64,000 nt of DNA, from the NCBI GenBank assembly GCA_022819945.1, contig JAJEGI010000108.1:72880-136879 (forward strand), in the 5' to 3' direction. Below are positions 53,993 to 63,992 of this stretch, piece by piece. Position numbers and translations under genes: made by a program. The notes beneath the pieces are model-generated. The model was not told where the DNA came from. It saw nothing but the letters and a program-made list of their open reading frames with translations, and did not search any database. The stretch comes from Candidatus Poribacteria bacterium. GTDB lineage: Bacteria; Poribacteria; WGA-4E; WGA-3G. Position 1 is the first letter of the stretch, and every line of letters starts with the position of its first letter.

Positions 53993-55426
53993 TTAATCTA
54001 CGATTAACGGAAGTTGTTCTGAATATTCCTCCACAAGCGGAATTGGATATTCCCCGTCAAAACAGGTGGTGCAAAAATCCTGCGGTGCCTTTACTGACTT
54101 TAGCAACCCTTCAATGCTCAAATAACCGAGACTGTCAGCGCGGATATACTTGCGTATCTCCTCAATCGTATGTGAACTGGCAATCAATTCAGTACGTGTC
54201 GGTGTGTCTACACCATAGAAGCAGGGGAACTTATTCGGCGGGGATGCAATTCGGAGATGTACAGCCGTCGCACCACCTTGACGCACAATTTTGATAAGTT
54301 TCCTACTATTCGTTCCTCGCATAATTGAATCATCTACGAGTACAACCCGTTTGCCACGCAGGACATCGCGCACAGGGTTCAATTTCACTTTTACCATCAG
54401 TTCACGGATATCCTGCGTCGGATTCATGAAAGAGCGGCCGACGAAAGTATTCCGAGACAGCCCTAAATCGAACGGAATACCTGACTCTTCAGCGTATCCG
54501 AGCGCAGCAATTGTTGCAGAATCAGGGACTGGAATAACAATATCCGCTTTGACGGGATGTTCACGCGCAAGTTGCCTGCCGAACTCACGGCGCGTATTGT
54601 TCACACTGTGTCCGAACATCATGCTATCCGGCCGCGCCAGATAGATATATTCAAAGATACATTGCGATAACTCCGACTGCCTCTTATGAGAACGCAACGA
54701 TTCCAAACCGCGATGCACAGAACGTGTAAAGACCAATTCCCCAGGTTCTACCTCACGTATCGGTTCCGCTTCAATCACATCAAACGCGCCCGTCTCGGAG
54801 GCTAACACATACGCGTCACCGAGCCTACCGATCCATAGCGGGCGGAATCCGTGTGCATCGCGGGCACCCATCAGCGTGGTCTTATCCATGCATACAAACG
54901 AATAAGCACCTTCAACACTCCGCAGCGCGTCTATGATTCTGTGTTCTAAAGCCTGCTTTCGCGAATGCGCTATTAGATGGAAAATGACTTCTGTGTCCAA
55001 ACTTGTACTGAAAATAGAACCGGCATTCTCCAAATGATTCCGAACTTGCACCGCATTGACGAGATTACCGTTGTGACCAAGCGCAAGTGGACCCTGCTTG
55101 TAGTTCCGGACCAAAGGTTGCGCGTTCTCAAGCGTACTCGCACCCGCTGTCGAATAGCGATTGTGTCCGATAGCGATATGCCCCTTCAGTTCCGCTAAAA
55201 CCTCAGCACTAAACACAGAGTGAACCAGCCCCATGCCGTGGTGATACGTTAGTCTCTCGCCATCTGAAGCGACAATGCCACTACTTTCTTGCCCCCGATG
55301 CTGAAGGGCACGTAACCCTAAATAGGTCAATTCTACTGCTCTTGGATGACCAAAGACACCAAAGACACCACACTCGTCCTTCGGTTTATCATCATATTGC
55401 ATTTTGATAGATGACACCTCCAGCAT
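53993..55426 (-). CDS. purF: Amidophosphoribosyltransferase
   Basis: N-terminal DECGVFGVFG (Ntn Cys), GHNRYST and VLVDDSIMRGTN PRPP motifs, plus a C-terminal Cys cluster (CTTCFDGEYP). Confidence 0.95.
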   Translation of the reverse strand: MLEVSSIKMQYDDKPKDECGVFGVFGHPRAVELTYLGLRALQHRGQESSGIVASDGERLTYHHGMGLVHSVFSAEVLAELKGHIAIGHNRYSTAGASTLENAQPLVRNYKQGPLALGHNGNLVNAVQVRNHLENAGSIFSTSLDTEVIFHLIAHSRKQALEHRIIDALRSVEGAYSFVCMDKTTLMGARDAHGFRPLWIGRLGDAYVLASETGAFDVIEAEPIREVEPGELVFTRSVHRGLESLRSHKRQSELSQCIFEYIYLARPDSMMFGHSVNNTRREFGRQLAREHPVKADIVIPVPDSATIAALGYAEESGIPFDLGLSRNTFVGRSFMNPTQDIRELMVKVKLNPVRDVLRGKRVVLVDDSIMRGTNSRKLIKIVRQGGATAVHLRIASPPNKFPCFYGVDTPTRTELIASSHTIEEIRKYIRADSLGYLSIEGLLKSVKAPQDFCTTCFDGEYPIPLVEEYSEQLPLIVD

Positions 55427-55473
55427 ACGCTTTTAAATTTTCGCAACTGCTCATCAAAAAGCCCTTCGTAAAT

Positions 55474-56016
55474 CTATGCTTGTTCCGCATTTACCTCGGT
55501 ATTCTCCACTGACGCTAACCTGTACCCCAATATCGCGCCGAGCGGAACAGCGAGGATATACCAAACTGTGACCGGCAAACCGAGAGACACCCATCCTCGC
55601 ATTGGCAACGAAACAACATACGCAAGTGTTTTAAGCACCGGGATAAGCAACGCCAAGATCAGATTCGGCTTACCAAATATCTCCCACGGAACGTTAAGCA
55701 AGGCAAGCAAGCCAACGACAGCAGGAGGCCCCAAAAAAGCACCGGAGCAGAGCGGTTTTAAGGGAATATCAACGCCAAATTTCTGACTCACAAAGCGCAT
55801 CCCTACGCCCGCTCCCATAATTACAACCCCGTACGTGACACCCAACGAGACCATGAGAAACAGACCTATCCAGAAGCCATGATTGACGCGATCCCCGATC
55901 AGCACCTGCCAAATTAAATTCTCAAATACAAACAGGCAAATCCAACCGCCTACAAACCCAATGATACCCCCTGTAGCAATCTGCCCAAGGGTTAATGTAA
56001 CACTATTTTTTTTCAT
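55474..56016 (-). CDS. Polytopic membrane protein (hypothetical)
   Basis: Five or six hydrophobic segments. Start placed at MKKNSV, preceded by GGGAAGG. Confidence 0.5.
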   Translation of the reverse strand: MKKNSVTLTLGQIATGGIIGFVGGWICLFVFENLIWQVLIGDRVNHGFWIGLFLMVSLGVTYGVVIMGAGVGMRFVSQKFGVDIPLKPLCSGAFLGPPAVVGLLALLNVPWEIFGKPNLILALLIPVLKTLAYVVSLPMRGWVSLGLPVTVWYILAVPLGAILGYRLASVENTEVNAEQA

Positions 56017-56212
56017 ACCTTCCCGACTCTCGCTTAAATTTAATTTTATTGTATCACGATGACACATTATTGTCAAAAAATAATGTTTAGTCCTTGAGAA
56101 TTGGTTGACACAATTTCAGTTTTCCATTAAACTGTTCCCACAAAGTGGAGTTCCTACGTCCAATTTCTTATTGTAAGCGGCGGATACAGTGCCGTTTCTA
56201 AAGGAGGCTCTC

Positions 56213-56860
56213 ATGTCAAAAATCCTTGTACTATCAGGTGAAAACCACCGTTTCAATGCCAGTGCCAGCGTTATCCACGATTTTCTTTCCAAAGATGCTG
56301 ATATTTCAGCCACGTTAACCGATGATAAAGAAATTTTAGCGTCATCTGAGTTGAATACTTATGATGCCTGTGTCTTTGGCACCGGCTTCACGCGCACGGA
56401 ACGCCGAGAGGACGGGGCTGTCGAGCGGGTGTCTGATTTAGCCTCTGCTGAAGAAGACGGCTTATTCCGATTCGTAAGCGAAGGTAAAGGGTTAGTCGGT
56501 ATTCACGGTACTGCGTGGTGGATTGGCGGTCGCGCCATGGACCTTATCGGTGGGGCATCCAATTGGCATCCACCCGGTTCAACCTTTACTGTCCACATTG
56601 AGGATGACGCGCATCCAACGACCCAAGGGGTTGAAGATTTCGATGTAGAAGATGAAATCTATATCTCCGCCCACGATCCACATATCCATATCTTGGCATC
56701 TGCCGAGTGGTTCGGCAAAGCACATCCCATGGCGTGGGTAAAGCCTTATGGTTCAGGACGCGTCTTTTACACCACTTTGGGCCACGGTCCGGGGACCTTT
56801 GAGCGCGAAGGGATGCAGAAATTCCTGACGCAAGGTGTGAAATGGGCAGCAGCATCGTAA
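56213..56860 (+). CDS. ThuA-domain (trehalose-utilisation-like) protein
   Basis: KILVLSGENHRF..., GKGLVGIHG and GRVFYTTLGH motifs. AAGGAGG SD before the ATG at 56213. Confidence 0.8.
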   Translation: MSKILVLSGENHRFNASASVIHDFLSKDADISATLTDDKEILASSELNTYDACVFGTGFTRTERREDGAVERVSDLASAEEDGLFRFVSEGKGLVGIHGTAWWIGGRAMDLIGGASNWHPPGSTFTVHIEDDAHPTTQGVEDFDVEDEIYISAHDPHIHILASAEWFGKAHPMAWVKPYGSGRVFYTTLGHGPGTFEREGMQKFLTQGVKWAAAS

Positions 56861-56909
56861 AATTTTGTCAGGCGAGGCACCTCTGTCTCGCCACTAACCC
56901 AAGTCCAAA

Positions 56910-57989
56910 ATGTACACGCTGAAAATCACAGACATAAAAACAGAAGTTATTCAAGTAAACCACCGCGGCAATTGGCTCTTCGTCAAGGTGTATGCTGACA
57001 ATGGCACAACCGGTGTCGGTGAGGCTTCCCACGGTAGAGACGATGATCAAGTGCAACATATCATCGACACCCTTAAACCCGTACTCGTCGGATGGAACCC
57101 GTTCCAATTAGAAGCATTTCGGCAACGATTCTATCGCGATACCGAAAGCCACACCTATCACACCGCACTCAGTGGCATTGAACAGGCAATGTGGGATCTG
57201 ATAGGTAAAACGTTAGACGCACCGAGTTATCAATTTTTAGGTGGTAAGTGTCGAGAAAACATCCGTCTCTATGCAAATATAAATCGGGCAACCGTGGATC
57301 GCAGCCCATCCGGGTTCGCTGACAATGCTGAGCGCGCTGTTACCGAAGGGTTTACTGCCATAAAATGCGCACCTTTCGACGATGTTTCCGTAGCGAATAT
57401 CTCGCGTGGCAGCCTGACACCCGCTATCTGCATCGGTATCGACCGTATCCGCACGATACGTGCCGCGATTGGTGGTGACATTGATCTAATGGTTGACTGC
57501 CACAGCCGTTTTAATCCCGGTATCATCACCCAAGTCGCAAAAGAGTTAGAGGATCTACATCTCTTCTGGATTGAGGATGCAGTATCGCTGCACAACCTGG
57601 ACGCTTTCGCACACATGAGCCGTTCCATCGGTATACCCATTGCAACCGGCGAACGCTTACGGACCCTTACAGATTTTGATAGGCTACTAACCGAAACACA
57701 CGTCGATTACATCTTGCCAGACGTTAAACACGTCGGCGGAATATCGGGACTAAAAAAAATTGCGACACTCGCCGCTTCACGAAACGTTATGGTCACACCG
57801 CACAATCCGAGCGGGCCCGTCGCAACCGCTGCGAGTGTACAATGCATGGCGAGTGTGCCTAATTTCGCAATCCTCGAATACGCATGGGGAGAAGTAGAGT
57901 GGCGTGCGTCTCTTATTGAACCACCAGAAAAAATCGTCAACGGGGCCATTAAAGTATCTGACCGAGCGGGGTTAGGTATCACACTATAG
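56910..57989 (+). CDS. Mandelate racemase/muconate-lactonizing (enolase superfamily) enzyme, galactonate-dehydratase-like
   Basis: N-terminal capping domain (NWLFVKVYADNGTTGVGEA), FTAIKCAPFD, MVDCHSRF, WIEDA and ATGERL metal-ligand pattern. Confidence 0.85.
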   Translation: MYTLKITDIKTEVIQVNHRGNWLFVKVYADNGTTGVGEASHGRDDDQVQHIIDTLKPVLVGWNPFQLEAFRQRFYRDTESHTYHTALSGIEQAMWDLIGKTLDAPSYQFLGGKCRENIRLYANINRATVDRSPSGFADNAERAVTEGFTAIKCAPFDDVSVANISRGSLTPAICIGIDRIRTIRAAIGGDIDLMVDCHSRFNPGIITQVAKELEDLHLFWIEDAVSLHNLDAFAHMSRSIGIPIATGERLRTLTDFDRLLTETHVDYILPDVKHVGGISGLKKIATLAASRNVMVTPHNPSGPVATAASVQCMASVPNFAILEYAWGEVEWRASLIEPPEKIVNGAIKVSDRAGLGITL

Positions 57990-58074
57990 TAGACCGGTTT
58001 TTGCTGGCGAGTTTCTAAAGTTGCCAACTCTGCTCACTATCCACAAAAACCATAACATATCAGGAGGGATTACG

Positions 58075-59274
58075 ATGATATTTCTCAACATTGGAAACCT
58101 AAAAATTACACCCAAATTTATCGCCATCTGTCTTTTTCTCAGTGTCGTTCTGCTTGCTGGATGCCTCGGAAACTTACAGACAACGACACCCCAGATGCAA
58201 ACAGAGACAGGCGAAGCCACCACATCAGATGCAGAAACGGAAGCACCTACAGCCCTCGCTGAACTTCAGCTTTCAACGCTTAAAACGAACTATGTCGCGA
58301 ATGAAGCCATTCCACTTCAACTTAACATTCAGAATGGAAAATTTGATCTTCTCGTGCCCTTTTTCAGCCTCGCAACGAGGGGCGCGTTTACGCAAATAAC
58401 TGTGACAGACGCGAACGGACAGACCGTTAAACCGAAGCATCTGATTACCCAAGAAAACCCACAGAAATATGTTAAAGGGAGCGATGGAAAATCGACCCGA
58501 TGCATTCAGGGATTTGAACTCAAAGCATCCGCAAATCAGGAACTGGCACTGAAAGATATTCAGAAATACTACCAGCTACAACCCGGAACATACACCGTGA
58601 CGCTTGCAATTGAATTGGAGGTCTACAAAGAATCTATAACCGAGGAACACCCTGAAATACGCGAACTCAGACAAGATATGGCGCGCCTCGAGAAAGACCC
58701 GAGCCTTCAAGGTGCCGCAAAACAGGATGCCCTCAGCTATTACCAAGAACAGATTAAGTTTATTCAGGAAAGACACAAGGACGAGGTGCAGAATATTTAT
58801 CTCCCAGTCAAATCGCTGCGTGGAAAGGCATCGCTTGTATCAAACAGTATTACCGTAACAGTGGAACCGGAAGCGGAGCCACCAACGGGGCAGATACCAA
58901 ATGAAACGCCATCAGCGAATAACGAATCTGATACTGCATCACCGGAAAAACCGTCCGATCTCAAAGACCTTGTTGCGCGGCGCGCGGATGAATGGGTTGC
59001 CCCCAAGTACAAAACTAAAGTGGACGCAAAATATCCGAAGAGTGCCAAAGCATCAGAAAAAGAGGGCAAGGTTACTTTACAGGTAACCATTGATGAAAAC
59101 GGCAGCCCGCAAGACATTGTAGCACTGACAAACCTCGGATTTGGACTTGAAGCGGCAGCGATTGAGGCGTTGAAGAAAAGCACTTTTCATCCTGCGATGA
59201 AGGGCGGTAAACCCATCAGCATCGAAGTTAAAATACCCTATATCTTCGCGATTACAAATGGCAATGCACCATAG
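58075..59274 (+). CDS. Lipoprotein with an N-terminal domain paralogous to 59288-60013 and a C-terminal TonB_C domain
   Basis: Lipobox LLAGC. C-terminal AKYPKSAKASEKEGKVTLQVTIDENGSPQDIVALTNLGFGLEAAAIEALKKSTFHPAMKGGKPI is nearly identical in pattern to the TonB paralogues at 49860 and 50861. Confidence 0.75.
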   Translation: MIFLNIGNLKITPKFIAICLFLSVVLLAGCLGNLQTTTPQMQTETGEATTSDAETEAPTALAELQLSTLKTNYVANEAIPLQLNIQNGKFDLLVPFFSLATRGAFTQITVTDANGQTVKPKHLITQENPQKYVKGSDGKSTRCIQGFELKASANQELALKDIQKYYQLQPGTYTVTLAIELEVYKESITEEHPEIRELRQDMARLEKDPSLQGAAKQDALSYYQEQIKFIQERHKDEVQNIYLPVKSLRGKASLVSNSITVTVEPEAEPPTGQIPNETPSANNESDTASPEKPSDLKDLVARRADEWVAPKYKTKVDAKYPKSAKASEKEGKVTLQVTIDENGSPQDIVALTNLGFGLEAAAIEALKKSTFHPAMKGGKPISIEVKIPYIFAITNGNAP

Positions 59275-59287
59275 AATCCAGACGCTT

Positions 59288-60013
59288 ATGAAAACGCTCA
59301 AGTGCCTTATGCTGCCTTACCTATTGCTAACCCTTAGCATGATAGGGTGCATCACGAGTTTGCAAACGCAATCCGCGCCAAGTGATGTAACAACAGCCAC
59401 TTCAGAGGTAATTTTCACCCTTTCAACACCTAAGTCAACCTATATATCCAAAGACGCCATACCACTTGAACTCAGCATTCAGAACGGGAAGTTTGACCTT
59501 CTTGTGCCTTATGCCAATGTCTCAACATCAGGCGCATTTGCGCAATTAAACGTTACAGATTCCGCTGGTAATGTTGTCAAACCTAAACGCTCATTTACCG
59601 CGCCGAATTCCGAAGAAATCTTTATCGAAAAAAATGGAAAATCTGTTCAATGTATCCAAGGATTGGAATTAAAAGCTGGGGCAACACAGGTCGTCTCCTT
59701 GGAAGACTTACAGAAATACTATCAGTTGGAGAAAGGTGATTACACAATCACGCTCGCAATAGCGTTACCCATTTACCGAGATTTTTTGAAAAAAACACAG
59801 CCAGAGATTAGAGAATTGGAAGAGGAGATCAAACGGATTCAGAAAGTGGCAGATGCCCACGTCTCCGCTGCGGATAAGCGTTCCGCAGTCAACGCCCTCC
59901 AGCAACAGATTGAATTCCTTGAGAAGAAACACACGGATAGCTATCTGCCCGTCAAATCGCTACTTGGCAAGGCACTGCTTACCTCTAACAGTATCACCCT
60001 AAGCATAGAGTGA
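59288..60013 (+). CDS. Lipoprotein, paralogue of the N-terminal domain of 58075-59274 (no TonB_C)
   Basis: Lipobox MIGC. Shared blocks include IPL.L.IQNGKFDLLVP, GQ/GN.VKPK, IQG.ELKA, LQKYYQL..G.YT.TLAI and YLPVKSL.GKA.L.SNSIT. Confidence 0.7.
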   Translation: MKTLKCLMLPYLLLTLSMIGCITSLQTQSAPSDVTTATSEVIFTLSTPKSTYISKDAIPLELSIQNGKFDLLVPYANVSTSGAFAQLNVTDSAGNVVKPKRSFTAPNSEEIFIEKNGKSVQCIQGLELKAGATQVVSLEDLQKYYQLEKGDYTITLAIALPIYRDFLKKTQPEIRELEEEIKRIQKVADAHVSAADKRSAVNALQQQIEFLEKKHTDSYLPVKSLLGKALLTSNSITLSIE

Positions 60014-60070
60014 TAGAGCGTCCGAGCACACTCTTATGTCGCCTATCGCGCGGTCCGTGGAGGAACTACG

Positions 60071-61063
60071 ATGAAAATTATGAAACCTTCCATCTTACTG
60101 ATTACCAATGCGGTGTTTGTGCTATCAAGCATTTTTCCTATCTGGGCACAAGCCCCAACACGCCCTAAAATTGTGTTCGCATCCACTCGGAACGGTAATC
60201 ACGGCAATGCTGAAATCTATGTAATGAATACTGACGGCAGTCAACAGATAAGATTGACCCACTACCCTGGAGACGATACCGATCCCGCTTGGTCCCCAAA
60301 TGGAAAACACATCGCTTTCGTCTCAGATCGGGAACACAAGGGACTTTACGACATCTATCTCATGGATCCCGACGGGAAAAATATCCGACGCGCGTTTAAC
60401 GACTTGGCGTATAGAACCGCGCCCGCGTGGTCGCCCGACGGAAAACACATCGCCTACCTTACGTATTCACCCGTGCCGGATTGGGCAGTGTACACCCAAC
60501 CAGTCGGTGGGGGTGAAGTAGAACGAATTGCCAAATCCGGAAGGGGGTGGAGCGGTTTTCCCGCGTGGTCACCCGACGGAACCGAAATCGCTTTCGTGAG
60601 TGGTAAATCGCCCGAATGGCATATTCGGATTATCAACCTAAAAACGCGTGAGGAAGATAGAATCCTTCCAAAGGTCCAAGGCGACAATATGCTCTATCCA
60701 GCTTGGTCCCCTGACGGAAAAAAACTTGCATTTTCGATATGGAGATGGAATGCAGAACCGGGTATCTATATCATCCAACGCAATGGTGAAGCATGTGAAG
60801 AGATTGTTAAAAACACATTCGGAACACTCGTATGGTCCCCTGACGGGAAAAAACTTCTTTATCCAAAAACGGTCAAAGATTCAGACCTATTGTTTAAAAT
60901 AGACCTTGACACCCGCACCGAAACGCTACTCGCTCGCATCGGTTCAAGCAAACATCGTAATGGAAATATAGGTTGGGACTGGTTTGATCCCAGCGCGCTG
61001 CCTGTTTTTCCACAACCTCAATTGCTTACCACAGTCTGGGGTAAAATGAAAACACAAGACTAA
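60071..61063 (+). CDS. TolB-like PD40 beta-propeller protein
   Basis: Signal peptide plus repeated P(A)WSPDGK.IAF blades. Confidence 0.85.
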   Translation: MKIMKPSILLITNAVFVLSSIFPIWAQAPTRPKIVFASTRNGNHGNAEIYVMNTDGSQQIRLTHYPGDDTDPAWSPNGKHIAFVSDREHKGLYDIYLMDPDGKNIRRAFNDLAYRTAPAWSPDGKHIAYLTYSPVPDWAVYTQPVGGGEVERIAKSGRGWSGFPAWSPDGTEIAFVSGKSPEWHIRIINLKTREEDRILPKVQGDNMLYPAWSPDGKKLAFSIWRWNAEPGIYIIQRNGEACEEIVKNTFGTLVWSPDGKKLLYPKTVKDSDLLFKIDLDTRTETLLARIGSSKHRNGNIGWDWFDPSALPVFPQPQLLTTVWGKMKTQD

Positions 61064-61084
61064 ATCTTAACACTGACGGAGTTT

Positions 61085-62071
61085 GTGATGAAACGCCTAT
61101 CCCTCTGCTTTTTGTGTTGGCTTACAGTTACCCTGTTTTGCCTCAGCATCTGTCCTACTTCAGCACAAGCACCAACGCGCGCCAAAATTGTGTTTACCTC
61201 CGCCCGGAACAGCAATGCTGAAATCTATATAATGAACGCTGATGGAAGCCAACAGATAAGATTAACCCACCACCCTGGGGAAGATTTCGATCCCGCATGG
61301 TCACCAACCGGTGAACGCATCGCCTTTGTCTCGGAACGAGACCATGAAGGGCTTTATGACATCTACCTCATGGATCCTAATGGAAAAAATATCCGACGAG
61401 CGTTCAATGACTTGGAATATAGAACCGCGCCCGCGTGGTCACCCGACGGAAAACACATCGCTTACCACACGCACTCGCCCGTGCCGGATTGGGCAGTGTA
61501 CGCCAAACCCCTCGGTGGCGGTAAGGCAGAACGGCTTGCTGAATCAGGAATGTATCCTGGCGGTTTCCCTGCTTGGTCCCCTGACGGAACCGAGGTCGCT
61601 TTCACCAGCAGTAAGCCAGCAGAATGGCGGATTCGGATTATCAATCTACAAACGCGTCAGCAAGAGACACTGCTTCCGAATATTCAAGGAAGGACCATGC
61701 GCTATCCCGCATGGTCCCCTGATGGGAAGAAACTCGCCTTTGCGCTATGGGAACCCGATCAGGAACCCGGTATCTACATTTTCGATCGCCATAGTGAGAA
61801 ACTTGATAAGATAGTTGAAAACGCATTCAAAGCACCAGTGTGGTCGCCGGATGGGAAATCACTGCTTTATGAAAAAATAGTCGCGGACCAAAGATTGTTG
61901 CTGAAAATAGACTTAGAGTCTCGTACTGAGACACCGCTCGCCCGATCAGGGCCCCTCAATAGTCATGGAAAGAATATAGGTTGGGATTGGTTTGATCCTA
62001 AAGCCTTGCCGGTTTCCGCCAAACCACAGCTGCTCACGACGGTCTGGGCAAAAGTTAAAATAACAAATTAA
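61085..62071 (+). CDS. TolB-like PD40 beta-propeller protein (tandem paralogue)
   Basis: Collinear with 60071-61063, with the same blade motifs. Confidence 0.85.
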   Translation: MMKRLSLCFLCWLTVTLFCLSICPTSAQAPTRAKIVFTSARNSNAEIYIMNADGSQQIRLTHHPGEDFDPAWSPTGERIAFVSERDHEGLYDIYLMDPNGKNIRRAFNDLEYRTAPAWSPDGKHIAYHTHSPVPDWAVYAKPLGGGKAERLAESGMYPGGFPAWSPDGTEVAFTSSKPAEWRIRIINLQTRQQETLLPNIQGRTMRYPAWSPDGKKLAFALWEPDQEPGIYIFDRHSEKLDKIVENAFKAPVWSPDGKSLLYEKIVADQRLLLKIDLESRTETPLARSGPLNSHGKNIGWDWFDPKALPVSAKPQLLTTVWAKVKITN

Positions 62072-62140
62072 ATGTACTTATGCAACGGATTTGAACAAAC
62101 CGTGTTCATCTAATCTGTCTCTGAAAAGTTGAAAATTTAC

Positions 62141-62169
62141 TTGCAAATCAGCACAAAATGATATATAAT
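62141..62169 (+). promoter_or_regulatory. Sigma70-type promoter TTGCAA-17 nt-TATAAT upstream of nuoA
   Basis: Read directly from the sequence, 67 nt before the nuoA ATG. Confidence 0.55.
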
Positions 62170-62235
62170 TTTAATGATGAAATCGTATATGCAAGAAAGT
62201 TTTCGCAACATCACGGTTCTCAAGGATAACCCAGA

Positions 62236-62646
62236 ATGCTTTTTAACTTCGCAAACGTTCTAATCTTCTTGATTGTTGGCTGTCTATTCGTCGTTCTAAA
62301 TCTCACCGTCTCTCGCCTCCTGCACACCAAGCTGTTCTCAGGCGAAAAGTATATTCCCTATGAATGCGGCGAAGACCCGATCGGTGACACGCGGATCAAG
62401 TTTAACACCCGCTTTTACGTCATCGCGCTCATTTTCCTGATTTTTGACGTCGAAGTTGTGTTCCTTTTTCCGTGGGCAGTTGTTTTTAGGGATTTCGGTC
62501 TCTTTGCGTTCTTGGAGATGCTCGTCTTCATCGTTATTCTTTTAGTCGGGTTTGCTTACGTCTGGGCAAAAGGCGACTTGGAATGGATCCGCTCTACGCA
62601 GCTTGAAGTACAATCCGTCCGAACGGAGGAAAATTATGATAATTGA
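62236..62646 (+). CDS. nuoA: NADH-quinone oxidoreductase subunit A
   Basis: Three TM segments, YECGE motif and [15 protein letters not shown]. Confidence 0.9.
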   Translation: MLFNFANVLIFLIVGCLFVVLNLTVSRLLHTKLFSGEKYIPYECGEDPIGDTRIKFNTRFYVIALIFLIFDVEVVFLFPWAVVFRDFGLFAFLEMLVFIVILLVGFAYVWAKGDLEWIRSTQLEVQSVRTEENYDN

Positions 62647-63244
62647 TGAAAAACTCGATAAAAACGTTATTGTCACTTCAGTCGATGCTGTCGCTAACTG
62701 GGCACGTTCCTCAGCACTCTGGCCCATGACGTTTGGGCTCGCCTGTTGCGCCATCGAATTTATGGCGACTGGCCTTTCTAACTACGACCTGGACCGATTC
62801 GGTGCAGGCGTGCCGCGTGCGACACCGCGTCAGGCCGACTTGATGGTTATCTCTGGGACGGTGACACTTAAAATGGCGACACGTATCCGGCGACTTTATG
62901 AACAGATGGCGGAACCGAAATACGTCATCTCAATGGGCAGCTGCGCCACCAGCGGCGGACCCTACTGGCAACACGGATACCACGTTCTCAAAGGCGTTGA
63001 TCGGATTATCCCTGTTGACGTTTACGTACCCGGATGTCCACCGCGACCGGAGGCTCTCATCGAAGGGCTGCTCAAACTACAAGAGAAAATTAAAACACAG
63101 ACCGTCGCCAAACGCGACCATGTCCCGTTCCTGAAAAGACTCTTTACCAAAACAGAATGGTACGAGATTGAAGGAACTGATGCTGTGCCTGAAACAGAGG
63201 ATCTACCTATAGAAGAAGGCGACAGTTCTGAAACCACTGCGTAA
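62636..63244 (+). CDS. nuoB: NADH-quinone oxidoreductase subunit B
   Basis: [22 protein letters not shown] and VPGCPPRPE FeS (N2) motifs. Start placed at MIIDEKL, preceded by GGAGGA. C-terminal acidic extension. Confidence 0.9.
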   Translation: MIIDEKLDKNVIVTSVDAVANWARSSALWPMTFGLACCAIEFMATGLSNYDLDRFGAGVPRATPRQADLMVISGTVTLKMATRIRRLYEQMAEPKYVISMGSCATSGGPYWQHGYHVLKGVDRIIPVDVYVPGCPPRPEALIEGLLKLQEKIKTQTVAKRDHVPFLKRLFTKTEWYEIEGTDAVPETEDLPIEEGDSSETTA

Positions 63245-63294
63245 ATAAAATACCAACGCGTCCAACGGTGGAACTGATTCGTAATAACGAACAT

Positions 63295-63351
63295 TGTAGG
63301 ATCGGTTTGCAACCGCCAGTATTGTTTGTAAGATCGGTTTGTAAACGCGAC
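63295..63351. repeat. Intergenic repeat family D: TGTAGGATCGGTTTGCAACCGCC and TGTAAGATCGGTTTGTAAACGCGACC
   Basis: Two tandem related units between nuoB and nuoC. A third related unit lies at 63967-63992. Confidence 0.5.
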
Positions 63352-63368
63352 CATGGAGTAAGACTTAC

Positions 63369-63854
63369 GTGAAACCGGAAGAAATTTATGAAGCACTAAC
63401 CGCGCAGTTCGGAGAAGCCATCCTCGGCTTCGACAATGAACTCGCCGGTGACCCGAGCATTAGCGTTGCTCCCACAGCAATCGCTGACGTGTGCCAATAT
63501 CTCGCCGAAACCGACACGTTGGCGTTTGATTCTTTAATGTGTCTCAGTGGGGTGGATTTAAGTGCCAAGGATGAAGAATTTGCTATCGTCTACCATCTCT
63601 ATGCCATGCGGCATCGGTATAGTGTAGTTCTGAAAACGGCAGTCCCGAAAACCGACCCACACCTCCCAAGCGTTTCGCACATCTGGAAAACCGCAGATTG
63701 GCATGAACGTGAAGCTTATGACCTTTACGGAATTTTCTTTCAGGGACACACTGACCTCCGCCGCATTTTACTTCCCGATGATTGGGAGGGATACCCACTT
63801 CGCAAAGATTACAAGGAGCCTGAAACTTATCGCGGTATGCGCGTGCCATATTAG
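63369..63854 (+). CDS. nuoC: NADH-quinone oxidoreductase subunit C
   Basis: VYHLYAM, WKTADWHEREAYDLYGIFFQGHTDLRRILLPDDWEGYPLRKDY. GTG start. Confidence 0.9.
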   Translation: MKPEEIYEALTAQFGEAILGFDNELAGDPSISVAPTAIADVCQYLAETDTLAFDSLMCLSGVDLSAKDEEFAIVYHLYAMRHRYSVVLKTAVPKTDPHLPSVSHIWKTADWHEREAYDLYGIFFQGHTDLRRILLPDDWEGYPLRKDYKEPETYRGMRVPY

Positions 63855-63966
63855 GTACAGGAATATCGGATTTTTGCCTTATGTAGTGTCACCAAAAAAC
63901 GAAAACATTACACTTTTGACTTTTTTCTCCCAGCCGAGCATCGGAATGAAAACACCTCTAAACTTA

Positions 63967-63992
63967 GGTAGGACCTTGGTTTGTAGACCCAA
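63967..63992. repeat. Intergenic repeat family D, third unit (GGTAGGACCTTGGTTTGTAGACCCAA)
   Basis: Same GTAGGAYC..GGTTTG.A.ACC pattern as 63295-63351. Lies downstream of nuoC. Confidence 0.4.
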
